Translations under genes and position numbers: made by a program
The notes under the pieces: model-generated
Database searches by the model: none
Told to the model about the DNA's origin: nothing
What the model saw: the letters and a program-made list of their open reading frames with translations, nothing else
IMG/VR virus record: IMGVR_UViG_3300027020_000013
Length of the DNA: 64,000 nucleotides
Strand: one strand, 5' to 3'
Source: an uncultured virus (IMG/VR IMGVR_UViG_3300027020_000013)
Lineage: Duplodnaviria; Heunggongvirae; Uroviricota; Caudoviricetes
In this document: positions 51,562 to 60,806 of the stretch, piece by piece
How positions within the stretch are numbered: the stretch's first letter is position 1
Layout of the letters: every line of letters begins with the position of its first letter

Positions 51562-51596
51562 TACTTTGGCTTAATTCACCAAAAGGAAAAATAAAG

Positions 51597-52565
51597 ATGG
51601 GTATCCGTAGACGCTTGCTAGAAAGCAAGGAGGCATGGCTTGCACGTGTAATGCACTTGCATGACGTGCACTTTGCAATTGCTACTGATGAGAATCAGAA
51701 GCGCTGGCTTGTCTTCGTCGAAGATGACTACGAAGGGAAAGTTGGGTTCCATCGTATCGGGGAAGGACCAGAACTTGGACGCATGCATCTGACCGGTAAT
51801 GACGCCAGTCAGTATACGTTTGAGTTCTGTACGCGTAATGACTCCACCCATGTAAAGCATCTGTCGCATCGCCCTGATGCCGATAGCGTTGTGAACTTCA
51901 TGAATGACCGCATTGCTATTGTGCGTCAACTCGCAGCTCATGAAGGAATACATGTCTACACCGATGCAAGAGGTATTAAGTGGTATGCAGCTTGTGATTC
52001 CAGCCGGGGTCCCAGGTTGAATCTGTATACCATGCCGGATGCATTGTCGGTTCGTCGAACTGGTTGGTTCATGTTTTTTCTATTGGACCAATATGGTGGA
52101 ACGTGGCATCTCGATAACCTCTCGTATAAAAATCGAGTAGTCATCGACAACAGCATGGCAGTTACAGATGTATCTAATCTGCCTATCCGCAAGACACTGC
52201 GTGAGCGTTACACCTTAACCGAGATGGACAAGGATGATTCGGTCATTGCATTGAAGGGTGCAGGCGAAGGTTTGTCCGATAAGCACTCTTATCGACTGGC
52301 TATCGATCTGTCGGGTATGGCTGGAGACAATCAAGTCTTGAACGTCTACTACCTGATCAACCACATTGTGGCAGCTGAGTTCCATGGACGAGCTGTATTG
52401 ATCGATCTGGATCGCATTGACTTTATCATTGACGGTGTACTCAGTCACGGTATGGTTATGCATTCGCTTTATGAAAACAAATACTTCTTCCATTTCCCTA
52501 ATGGATCGAAGTCCGCTTCATTCCAAATCCGTAATGATGGATTGTTCCCTCGTACTTTCGCATAA
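51597..52565 (+). CDS. early hypothetical protein, member 1 of tandem family
   Basis: AAGGA SD at ATG 51597; C-terminal similarity to the next two genes. Confidence 0.75.
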   Translation: MGIRRRLLESKEAWLARVMHLHDVHFAIATDENQKRWLVFVEDDYEGKVGFHRIGEGPELGRMHLTGNDASQYTFEFCTRNDSTHVKHLSHRPDADSVVNFMNDRIAIVRQLAAHEGIHVYTDARGIKWYAACDSSRGPRLNLYTMPDALSVRRTGWFMFFLLDQYGGTWHLDNLSYKNRVVIDNSMAVTDVSNLPIRKTLRERYTLTEMDKDDSVIALKGAGEGLSDKHSYRLAIDLSGMAGDNQVLNVYYLINHIVAAEFHGRAVLIDLDRIDFIIDGVLSHGMVMHSLYENKYFFHFPNGSKSASFQIRNDGLFPRTFA

Positions 52566-52574
52566 GGAAATAAG

Positions 52575-53486
52575 ATGTTCAGGTCGTATATCAACAAGAG
52601 TCGATTGGCCAGTCTGGTAGAAGACGAAAGCTTCAAAGATTATGTTCCATTCTTCAGACATCCAGAGTATCGCGACATGTACCTGGTAATGAAGAACGGA
52701 GAACTCGTCTTCTTCCATAAGAACTCGTTGTATCCAGTTCCTGCATGTACTTTGGATATTCCAAAGAAGGACAGGTTCAACTGGATTCTTCGAGATCAGC
52801 GTACCCACTCGAGTTGGCACAATCATGCTGTAGCTCTTGTTAGCCATATGGAAATGCGCAATGTAAGTGATCATTGCGGTATTCACTTTATTACTTGGCC
52901 AAAGAATGATGTCAAGTATTACCTGAAGCGTGATAGCATCAAAGGTGATTGGATCGTGTTGTATACCCGAGGGGGGCAGGCAGTTAGCATCCCCTCGGTT
53001 ATGCTTCGTGAATTCCAATATGGCTGGTTCAATGATGTCCACCCATATACTGCCAAGATTGAAGATCTTTGCTGTGAAGGTGATTCCAGTTATCGTCCGA
53101 TCATCGAGATCACCAATGAACGACTCGATCCGATTGGTGCATACACGCGTTTAGTAGAAGTCCCCAATTGCCCAGGTGTTTATGATTATCTGTCCTATGA
53201 CGTAATCATCAATATCAATACGTTAGATAACTCTGGCATTCCAGTAGTTGATCTGGCTCCGTTCATGACTGCAATTCACAACAATTACGACCACGATTGT
53301 AAAGAATGGTCTTTGAATATTGATGAGATCAAATTGCGTGTGGGTATGATGCCGGAACCCATCGCAATCGGTAAACTAGACGTAGATCTTCCTGGTCATC
53401 GGTTCTTCTTGAAAGAATCGAATAGTCCCGGTTTCGGAACCGGTCTATACACCTATACTAACAAGCTGCCAACCAAATTCCCGTAA
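52575..53486 (+). CDS. early hypothetical protein, member 2 of tandem family
   Basis: TAAGGA SD. Confidence 0.8.
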   Translation: MFRSYINKSRLASLVEDESFKDYVPFFRHPEYRDMYLVMKNGELVFFHKNSLYPVPACTLDIPKKDRFNWILRDQRTHSSWHNHAVALVSHMEMRNVSDHCGIHFITWPKNDVKYYLKRDSIKGDWIVLYTRGGQAVSIPSVMLREFQYGWFNDVHPYTAKIEDLCCEGDSSYRPIIEITNERLDPIGAYTRLVEVPNCPGVYDYLSYDVIININTLDNSGIPVVDLAPFMTAIHNNYDHDCKEWSLNIDEIKLRVGMMPEPIAIGKLDVDLPGHRFFLKESNSPGFGTGLYTYTNKLPTKFP

Positions 53487-53494
53487 GGATTCAT

Positions 53495-54748
53495 ATGTCG
53501 ATCTGTAGTTTCGTTTCTGAACTGTTCTGGGGCAAGAAAGAACCTGTAACTCCAGCTGCGCCTGCGAAGAAACCACCAGAAACTTTCTGCCGTACCAACC
53601 GCTACCAAGAGTGGTTGGATGCGATGTCGAAGGATATCAAGAATACAAAAGCTGATCTGGTTGAGATCCATTGCTTTGACGACCCGGCACGGTATCGTGG
53701 TTTGATCCAAGGGGAAAATAATCTCGAACACAATATGCACTTGTTCAACTGTGATACACTAGAACAAGTCACGCTGTCGGATATCTACGAGAAAGGTATC
53801 TCCAGCGGCGCGTATTACTCAACTAGTCTTATTGAGTGGGGTAGTAAATATAGCCACTTAGAACTGACTTCGTTAGAACGGAATTCGACGGAAGAGAAAG
53901 ATCCGGCTACTTTCGAAGTAATCCCTCGATTCGAGAACAAATGTACTTATCGTAAACGCAGGGGGCGGCACGACTACTATCCTTACCGCGCCCTCCCTGA
54001 CTCAAGCGATTCTTGGATGTATAAGGGGCTAAGAGATACCTACGCAAGATGGGAACTGGCTAACCGTTGGAATCTGGAAAAATACATCGTTATTGGTGAA
54101 CTGTCCCCCACCCGGTTATTGCTGGTGTCATTCGAGGATCGGGGACAGATAAAAAATCGTACATTCAACATGAATGTACGGTACTATGTCTACGATACCG
54201 AAGAAAAGAAAATCATCGGTGAAGCTGGACAACACGTGTGGGTCATGTTGCCGTTAATTGACCGTTACAAGAAATTCCGTTTGTTCGATGTAGCACTCGG
54301 TGACTATGTTGAACTATTTGATCCTATCCGTGTGTCGAAGCTTGCAGCTGATGAAGACCAGGGCCAGGAAGCCTACGTAGCGCTGTTAGAAGGCAAGTTG
54401 GCAAATACCTTCACTCGTCAACGGTATCGCGTCGAAGTCGACTCAGAGATGCTCTATCGAGACGTCATCGTGGATCTGACCACGTTGTACGCGGCTGTTG
54501 CAGAACGGCTTAAGTTAGAAGGGTGTGAACTGGATGGGCGACTATTTGTGGACAACATTCGTTACAAGCGTTTGGATGGTTCGGAGCACTCACCTAACAC
54601 AGCAGGCTTTGCTACGATTGGTGCTGAGCCATATCTTCCGAAATGGGAACGCACTACACGTGACCGTTGTCAGCATACGCATGTCTGGTACTACAGTGGT
54701 CCATACATCATCACAAACGAATTGTATCCGGTGGAACCTACTTACTAA
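53495..54748 (+). CDS. early hypothetical protein, member 3 of tandem family
   Basis: TAAGGA SD. Confidence 0.8.
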   Translation: MSICSFVSELFWGKKEPVTPAAPAKKPPETFCRTNRYQEWLDAMSKDIKNTKADLVEIHCFDDPARYRGLIQGENNLEHNMHLFNCDTLEQVTLSDIYEKGISSGAYYSTSLIEWGSKYSHLELTSLERNSTEEKDPATFEVIPRFENKCTYRKRRGRHDYYPYRALPDSSDSWMYKGLRDTYARWELANRWNLEKYIVIGELSPTRLLLVSFEDRGQIKNRTFNMNVRYYVYDTEEKKIIGEAGQHVWVMLPLIDRYKKFRLFDVALGDYVELFDPIRVSKLAADEDQGQEAYVALLEGKLANTFTRQRYRVEVDSEMLYRDVIVDLTTLYAAVAERLKLEGCELDGRLFVDNIRYKRLDGSEHSPNTAGFATIGAEPYLPKWERTTRDRCQHTHVWYYSGPYIITNELYPVEPTY

Positions 54749-54775
54749 TGGCATGATTTAAACTAATTAAAAGGC

Positions 54776-54783
54776 TATATTAC
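54776..54783 (+). promoter_or_regulatory. early promoter core TATATTAC
   Basis: Exact motif; extended match to 451-492. Confidence 0.8.
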
Positions 54784-54822
54784 AATCGTGAATATAGCCC
54801 TTTTAATAGTAAGGATTACGCC

Positions 54823-55116
54823 ATGGAATTCCCTGTTTCGCAGCACACTTCCCGTGAACGCATTGTTCAGAAAGTCTCTTACGGTGTGATGGACATCACA
54901 ATCAACACTGGTCTGACTTTCCCAGCCAAGTTGGCTGAAATCCGTCGTCAAGTTCTTGACCGTCGGACTAAGCAAGGTGAACACCCAGAAATCCTGCAAT
55001 GGATTCGGGATTCGAGCAACAAAGACTTCTACGTGTTCGTACAAGACTGCCTGAAGGATCAAAGCTCGGAAGGGCGTCCGATCCAGATGCCTCGTCTTGA
55101 CGATTACGTAGTATGA
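54823..55116 (+). CDS. small early protein, 97 aa
   Basis: TAAGGA SD; own promoter and terminator. Confidence 0.8.
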   Translation: MEFPVSQHTSRERIVQKVSYGVMDITINTGLTFPAKLAEIRRQVLDRRTKQGEHPEILQWIRDSSNKDFYVFVQDCLKDQSSEGRPIQMPRLDDYVV

Positions 55117-55128
55117 AACCCATGGCTT

Positions 55129-55151
55129 AGGCTTACCCACAAGGTAAGCCT
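55129..55151 (+). terminator. hairpin terminator
   Basis: AGGCTTACC-CACAA-GGTAAGCCT-TT. Confidence 0.75.
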
Positions 55152-55153
55152 TT

Positions 55154-55459
55154 ATGCCGCCAGAGATCGCTATAATGGATGTACTAGAGCTGTGGAAGCT
55201 CTGCGTGCTAGAGACTGCGCGTCTCTTCCTACAAGGAGCTGAAGAACAAGAACTACGAAAAGTTGTAAAACACCTGAACATCATACTCAACACTGAGTTG
55301 GTGTTTGATCCTGCTGTCAGTCGAGCTATGGCATTGCTGGAAGCCATAACGTTCCAGATACATGCCTCGTTTGACCATCACGGAGACAGAGACATCTTGC
55401 CCTCCGCACAACGCTTAAATCTCATCCAGCTACAACTCAAAACTATCCGACGACCGTAA
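55154..55459 (+). CDS. hypothetical protein (start possibly 55175)
   Basis: ORF track. Confidence 0.6.
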   Translation: MPPEIAIMDVLELWKLCVLETARLFLQGAEEQELRKVVKHLNIILNTELVFDPAVSRAMALLEAITFQIHASFDHHGDRDILPSAQRLNLIQLQLKTIRRP

Positions 55460-55502
55460 CAATACGGGAGCCGGAATAATAACTCATTCCAAGGAGGTTC
55501 CC

Positions 55503-55868
55503 ATGTGCAAAGCACTTTATCTTAACCTGACCGATAGCACTGTTGTTTATGAAGACCTGATCCCAGTTGGACAAGATGCTGAGAAGCTCAAGTTCACCCT
55601 GGTTGATCGGTTCTCTCGTAAACCTATCGATCGCTCCATGACCATTACCGCTACTGACAAGCGCCATGAAGGCGTTGAAGTATCGTCGGTGGTAATGCAT
55701 GGTGAAAATGATTCCACTCTGCAAGCTCTGTACGACTGGTGGCACAAGTGTGAGATCCATGAGATCGAACTCGAGTGGTATCACATCGACAGTGCTAAAG
55801 TGGATATCCGTGTAAAGGGTAACCCTAAGCACGTAGTGAACTATGCGTTGAAAGTTGAACCCGTATAG
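55503..55868 (+). CDS. hypothetical protein, 121 aa
   Basis: AAGGAGG SD. Confidence 0.8.
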   Translation: MCKALYLNLTDSTVVYEDLIPVGQDAEKLKFTLVDRFSRKPIDRSMTITATDKRHEGVEVSSVVMHGENDSTLQALYDWWHKCEIHEIELEWYHIDSAKVDIRVKGNPKHVVNYALKVEPV

Positions 55869-55881
55869 TTCTTCCTATTCA

Positions 55882-55921
55882 GGATGGACTCCTCTGGCCT
55901 TCGGGTTAGGGGAGTCCATCC
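55882..55921 (+). terminator. long (18-bp) cUUCGg hairpin terminator
   Basis: GGATGGACTCCTCTGGCC-TTCG-GGTTAGGGGAGTCCATCC, T-rich tail. Confidence 0.85.
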
Positions 55922-56068
55922 ACTACTCTTTTTATTTTTTATACTCAGCTCCCCCTTAGTATAGGTGAACGACTACACTAAGAGCAAAGGAGTGGGGCTT
56001 TTTATCGTAACATGGTTGCATAGCAACATCCTTATCCTTAAAACTAACAACAACCTGGAGTAACTAAG

Positions 56069-56449
56069 TTGAACCTAGTTGCACGTATTCCCGTATTGGA
56101 CGCTGGCAAAGAGTCCAAACTCCTTTTCAAAGATGGCACTGAAATTGAAAAGGTTATCAGCTGCAAGCTATTGGATGCACATGGCGAAGAAGTCAAGGAT
56201 TACCTCATCTGCAACGAGGCCATTATCCCTGGCGTGTACCAACGAACGATCTATCGTAAGGGTCGTGAAGAATCTGTAAAGCTGGGTAGCCTGATGCTAG
56301 ACATCGGTACTGGGCATTATTTTCTGAAGCTCGAGAACCCAATGGATCGTCCTGCCGGTGTCGATCTTCATCTCATCATCCAACCGAAGGAAAGCAAATG
56401 TACGAAATGTCAATCCGCAGATTGCCAGTCGACGATAGCAGCGGCGTGA
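56069..56449 (+). CDS. hypothetical protein, C-terminal CxxC..C
   Basis: GGAG SD, TTG start. Confidence 0.7.
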   Translation: MNLVARIPVLDAGKESKLLFKDGTEIEKVISCKLLDAHGEEVKDYLICNEAIIPGVYQRTIYRKGREESVKLGSLMLDIGTGHYFLKLENPMDRPAGVDLHLIIQPKESKCTKCQSADCQSTIAAA

Positions 56450-56865
56450 AGCAAGTTATCGTTCAAGTTCCAATCATGGGATCTGAATGCTATCAACTGC
56501 CGGAGATGCTTGGGGTTGATGCCAGTAAGATTCAGTGGATTACACCAGTCCAAGTGTCGGAGCAATACACAGGTATCCCAGCAAAAGGGTTTACTTTCTG
56601 CCTCCAACCAAATTGGACTGAGCGCGGTACAGCCCAGGTCGTTACTGTTGTCTACAACCTACAGAAAGTTTCGTCTGTAATGTTCGGTGGTCCACACAAA
56701 CGGATCGTTACTGACAATGCTGCTCTCGATGCTATTATTCCAGTAGAACTGGGTGCGGCTATCGAACGTTGTACTATTGCTTTCCTCGTACAAATCGAGG
56801 ATACCCATGAAGACGTCGATAACCCTGGATTACTCCAATCGGGGCGTTGTATCGGGACGGTCTAA
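56398..56865 (+). CDS. hypothetical protein, 155 aa
   Basis: AAGGA SD. Confidence 0.7.
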   Translation: MYEMSIRRLPVDDSSGVKQVIVQVPIMGSECYQLPEMLGVDASKIQWITPVQVSEQYTGIPAKGFTFCLQPNWTERGTAQVVTVVYNLQKVSSVMFGGPHKRIVTDNAALDAIIPVELGAAIERCTIAFLVQIEDTHEDVDNPGLLQSGRCIGTV

Positions 56866-57184
56866 TTCCCTGGTACACATAGGTTCACCAGATCACACGT
56901 TCATTGATGCTAATGTACTGTCGATCACACAAGGGCCACAGAACTATGAATCTGAGCTGGGTGTTTATAAAGAACCCCAGCTTGAGTTCCCCAATCGGAT
57001 TGTGTTTATTTTCTTTGATCGCATCCAAAACGAGATGATTGCTGAGCTGGAAGTTGAATTACAGCTCAAGCGAATGCGTTGGATTAAACCTGTTAGCATG
57101 CGTCGGTTAACGCCTTTCCAAACCGTGTTGGAACTATCGCAAGATCCAGCTATTCCATCGCATCTATGGAGTATAGCGGTATGA
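56807..57184 (+). CDS. hypothetical protein
   Basis: GAGGA SD before MKTSIT. Confidence 0.65.
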   Translation: MKTSITLDYSNRGVVSGRSNSLVHIGSPDHTFIDANVLSITQGPQNYESELGVYKEPQLEFPNRIVFIFFDRIQNEMIAELEVELQLKRMRWIKPVSMRRLTPFQTVLELSQDPAIPSHLWSIAV

Positions 57185-57597
57185 TAGAACTAACCATTGG
57201 TTTGTACGACGACTGCATTGGTGATCTAGGGAGTTGTGTTCGAGGCACTGAAGACAAAACCTTAGGGAAACCTTTTTGGATTACACCGGGATTGACTTTC
57301 GAAACAGATGGTCAACCGGTACATGCATTTAAAACAGTACCCACGTTACACTCGTATGAAGGAATCAAACAATTCCAGATTTGGGATAAGCGGAGTCAGT
57401 CCAATAGGAAACTAGTGGCTACGATTACGGTAGATACAGCTAAGGACCAGTATCATGTTAAACTGGAACCTTATTACCAACGTCGTAGGTTGAACATGAC
57501 TTTCCATGTACATGGCGAGTATAACCGACCTCCTGCTCCTGTGGCATTCCATAACAAAACCCATCACGGCGATTGGGTATTCGATAACACGATCTGA
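57181..57597 (+). CDS. hypothetical protein
   Basis: ATGA coupling; GGAG upstream. Confidence 0.7.
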   Translation: MIELTIGLYDDCIGDLGSCVRGTEDKTLGKPFWITPGLTFETDGQPVHAFKTVPTLHSYEGIKQFQIWDKRSQSNRKLVATITVDTAKDQYHVKLEPYYQRRRLNMTFHVHGEYNRPPAPVAFHNKTHHGDWVFDNTI

Positions 57598-57599
57598 TT

Positions 57600-57809
57600 A
57601 TGCCTACTAAAACAGAGTTGATTGAAAAGCAACGTGAAGATATTGATTTGCTGATCCAAACTAACGAGGATCTGGTAAAGCAAATGTCAGCGTTGCTTAA
57701 ACGTGAGACCGAGATGGAAAAGCGTTTAGATACGTTGGGTCGAAAGTACGAACGATTGCTGGAAAAAGTTAATGGGCACACACGTAAAGTGGGAGTCCCT
57801 CGGAGGTAA
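57600..57809 (+). CDS. small coiled-coil protein, 69 aa
   Basis: Heptad pattern. Confidence 0.7.
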   Translation: MPTKTELIEKQREDIDLLIQTNEDLVKQMSALLKRETEMEKRLDTLGRKYERLLEKVNGHTRKVGVPRR

Positions 57810-57810
57810 G

Positions 57811-58272
57811 ATGTTGCATCCTGTAGTAGCACGAAAACATTTCGCAGATGTAGGAATCGATATCCGATCTAACACGTACATCCCAGAAGGTTCGGTTAAC
57901 GCACATCTGGTGGAAAAGATCTTGATGCGTGAAGCCCGATGGCTATCACGTAACAAAGCTGGTGTACTGGTAGGCTTCGATCCTAAAGAAGACCTCCAGA
58001 TCGGTTCCCGTTTGGTATTGAATCAAAACGGTACTGTCCAAGCCACCGATGTGTTCTGGTCTAACCTACATGGCGATGAATCAACCTCTCTCACAGAACT
58101 GGTAACCACGGGCCACGATACAACTGTCGCTAAAGCTCGCGAAACACACGGCTTCATCATGTTGGGTGAAGCCTTGCGTGGCTGGGGTATGGGTTCTTCA
58201 CCTGAAGGTGATGTCATTGCCCTCTGCCGTAATCACGTAGCCAGTGTCACACACATCGAACGTAACCTTTAA
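57811..58272 (+). CDS. hypothetical protein
   Basis: GGAGG SD before ATG 57811. Confidence 0.75.
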   Translation: MLHPVVARKHFADVGIDIRSNTYIPEGSVNAHLVEKILMREARWLSRNKAGVLVGFDPKEDLQIGSRLVLNQNGTVQATDVFWSNLHGDESTSLTELVTTGHDTTVAKARETHGFIMLGEALRGWGMGSSPEGDVIALCRNHVASVTHIERNL

Positions 58273-58280
58273 GGAAACAA

Positions 58281-58736
58281 ATGTCTACTATTCTTTACGT
58301 GTTGGATGAACAGCACTTTGATGCAATTGCTGCCCACTTACCGCTGGTCAGTACACCACCAGAGTCACCACGTTGGTGCACTGGCATTGGACCTGAATGT
58401 CCGCTTTACGATTTCCTGGATAAACACCTGGAACGCATTGAACACGATCAACCGATCGATTGTGAAAAGGTCATTGCCCCAGCTGGTAAGATGTTGATGG
58501 GTGTCACCTGCGCTTGGCGTGACGACGGTGAATTCAAAAGCATGGACTGTGATCTGTTCGCCCCACACAAGGAATACGAAACTCCATTGCGTTCGATTAT
58601 CGGGCAAATGTACGGGCTGGCTAACTATCTGGTAGCCCCTGCACTGCGTCCCAAAAAGACCACTGCTTTGGGCTGGCAGCTCATGACAGAGGAAGAAGGA
58701 TATCGTGTATTGCGCCTGCGAGGGCTGCACGAATAA
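58281..58736 (+). CDS. hypothetical protein, 151 aa
   Basis: TAAGGA SD. Confidence 0.8.
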   Translation: MSTILYVLDEQHFDAIAAHLPLVSTPPESPRWCTGIGPECPLYDFLDKHLERIEHDQPIDCEKVIAPAGKMLMGVTCAWRDDGEFKSMDCDLFAPHKEYETPLRSIIGQMYGLANYLVAPALRPKKTTALGWQLMTEEEGYRVLRLRGLHE

Positions 58737-58780
58737 TGGCTTGAGTGCCATTATATTCTGATCCTTCAACATGAGGCAAC

Positions 58781-59155
58781 GTGATGCAATGTTTAACACA
58801 CGTACTGAGGTCGTTGGTTCTTGTAACCGCACTTGCGGTTTCAGGCAATGCGATGGCAACAGAGACGGTTGTCGCGGATAATAACTACTGTGATAGTTTG
58901 GCCTTGATGGCTAAAGCTGGAGCAGAAGCAAAATCGCGCGGGGAGTCCCAGCAACAATGGCGCTCTAACCTTCTCTCCCTAAAGGGATACGTTGTGAAGA
59001 ATAAAGATAACGTTCTTTACAGCATTCTTCCTAAAGCGGTAACAGAAGTAGATCGTGTTTATCAGGAACGTAAAACTCCGATGGATACGTATCAAACTTC
59101 ATACGTCAGCTGTATGGCGAATGACTACGGCAAAACAGTCGTACTCAACTATTGA
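58781..59155 (+). CDS. exported protein with signal peptide and Cys pair
   Basis: Signal peptide ...AVSGNAMA|TE; Cys near both ends of the mature domain. Confidence 0.75.
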   Translation: MMQCLTHVLRSLVLVTALAVSGNAMATETVVADNNYCDSLALMAKAGAEAKSRGESQQQWRSNLLSLKGYVVKNKDNVLYSILPKAVTEVDRVYQERKTPMDTYQTSYVSCMANDYGKTVVLNY

Positions 59156-59160
59156 TGTTT

Positions 59161-59180
59161 GGCCTTCCTTCGGGAGGGCC
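59161..59180 (+). terminator. cUUCGg terminator
   Basis: GGCCTTCC-TTCG-GGAGGGCC. Confidence 0.8.
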
Positions 59181-59204
59181 TTATGTCCCATTGGAGCAAA
59201 AGAG

Positions 59205-59378
59205 ATGTGGGCTGCTTATCTAGTTGCCTTTGTTATATTCGTATTTGGTGCGTTGATCTTCTTCGGTCCACGTGAAGAATACCTGGATGCTGATGACATC
59301 GGTCGTTCTCACAAAGACGAGAAGTTCCCTGGTTTGGTAATGATGCTGGTGGCTATTTTAATCTGCATCTGGGTGTGA
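59205..59378 (+). CDS. small two-TM membrane protein, 57 aa
   Basis: GGAG SD; MWAAYLVAFVIFVFGALIFFG...GLVMMLVAILICIWV. Confidence 0.7.
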   Translation: MWAAYLVAFVIFVFGALIFFGPREEYLDADDIGRSHKDEKFPGLVMMLVAILICIWV

Positions 59379-59398
59379 AGTGCAAAAAGTTTGAAATC

Positions 59399-59406
59399 TA
59401 TATCAC
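59399..59406 (+). promoter_or_regulatory. early promoter variant TATATCAC
   Basis: AAAAGTTTGA.ATCTATAT.ACTACTTTG nearly identical to 51540-51569. Confidence 0.75.
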
Positions 59407-59442
59407 TACTTTGAATTCTAACGCTAAAATTGGAGTAAGACA

Positions 59443-60135
59443 ATGCTGCAAGCCGCACCTGAGCTGAACATGACCCGTGCCGTAATGAACACCATGATCC
59501 AGTGGTTCATCGACATGGATATGCCACGTCGTATCCTGTTGGTTGCTGATGCCCGCATGTTTGATGTCGGTATCATGGAACCTGAAGTAAACGGGCTGTA
59601 TCAGATCAAACTGAACATCGCTGCAAACGCAACCAAGAATTTCAGCTACAATGAAGAAAACTTCAGCTTCAACTGTGGCTACAATCGTCAAGACGTTTTC
59701 GTAGAAGTTCCGTACGCTGCTGTACTGGGTTTCATCGTTCCGACTTCCGATTCGACTCAAAGCTTCCTGCCTATCCCGAATGTCGAGCGTGAACTGCTGG
59801 GTATTCAACTCCGTGAAGAACTGCAAGACCTTCTGGCCCAAAGTGGTATGCAAGGTCCGATGGGTGATATGGAAGGTGACACACTGCCCGATGGTGCTTA
59901 CGCAGTGCATGGCGTAGAACCACTGACGCATGATGAAGACGGCAATCAACTGCCGACGCTTCAAGAGTTGATGAAACGCAAGCCTCTGGCACAACGTCCT
60001 GCTGCACCTGCACCAAAAGAACAACCCAAACCACTCCTCGACTTCGGCGACGTTGGTGGCTTCTCGCTGCCTACTCCACGTAAACGTCGTGTATGTCCGC
60101 CACACCTGCGTGTTATCCAAGGGGGTAAAGCGTGA
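59443..60135 (+). CDS. sspB: SspB-like ClpXP specificity-enhancing adaptor
   Basis: IKLNIA, FSFNCGYN..DVFVEVPYAAVLGF core; disordered linker; C-terminal HLRVIQ resembling the XB peptide LRVVK. Confidence 0.8.
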   Translation: MLQAAPELNMTRAVMNTMIQWFIDMDMPRRILLVADARMFDVGIMEPEVNGLYQIKLNIAANATKNFSYNEENFSFNCGYNRQDVFVEVPYAAVLGFIVPTSDSTQSFLPIPNVERELLGIQLREELQDLLAQSGMQGPMGDMEGDTLPDGAYAVHGVEPLTHDEDGNQLPTLQELMKRKPLAQRPAAPAPKEQPKPLLDFGDVGGFSLPTPRKRRVCPPHLRVIQGGKA

Positions 60136-60806
60136 ACCTGGATCGTCTGGTTCCTGCTGTACGTAAGACAGCGGTATTCGATTTCATGGCAAAGACTCCA
60201 CGGTTCACACCCGTGGATCTTTACGCCCTTAACGACATGTTCTATAAGGACTTGATCTGGTGCCCTGAGGAAACTCTGGTACACTCGGAAGAGCTCCATC
60301 GAATCGTCTTCAACTTCCTTCCGGTGCACCGCCAGAATAACGGACACCTATACCACATGGATGTTAGTACTCGTCAATATACACATGCTCCGAATATGGA
60401 GCAAGTTGGTAACGACATGGTACCGTTTGTGGACATGGTTGAACGTGGACTAATGGACCAAGTTATGGATTGGGGTCTCCGCCTTTCCAAACTCGCTGGT
60501 GCATACAGCTACGAGCAGCTCCAGCCATATGTCGATGCGACTGTCGTGGGTGTTAATACGAACAAGGTTGGCTTCACTAACCTGCTCGAAGTAACTGTTG
60601 TACTAAATGTTCGTTATGACGTTTTCGCCCTGATGTACGACAACGAAGAGTTCCACTGGACTCTTACAGACCAGAAGCTGGAACCAACCAAAGAAGGGGT
60701 GAACCACATATCTTCTCCCGAAGCAATTGATGCATTCTACGAATACGTACAAGCTGCCGGTGAAAACTGGGACAGTGTCGTTACAATCCAACCTGGGCTT
60801 AACTGA
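60132..60806 (+). CDS. hypothetical protein, 224 aa
   Basis: GTGA coupling. Confidence 0.8.
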   Translation: MNLDRLVPAVRKTAVFDFMAKTPRFTPVDLYALNDMFYKDLIWCPEETLVHSEELHRIVFNFLPVHRQNNGHLYHMDVSTRQYTHAPNMEQVGNDMVPFVDMVERGLMDQVMDWGLRLSKLAGAYSYEQLQPYVDATVVGVNTNKVGFTNLLEVTVVLNVRYDVFALMYDNEEFHWTLTDQKLEPTKEGVNHISSPEAIDAFYEYVQAAGENWDSVVTIQPGLN

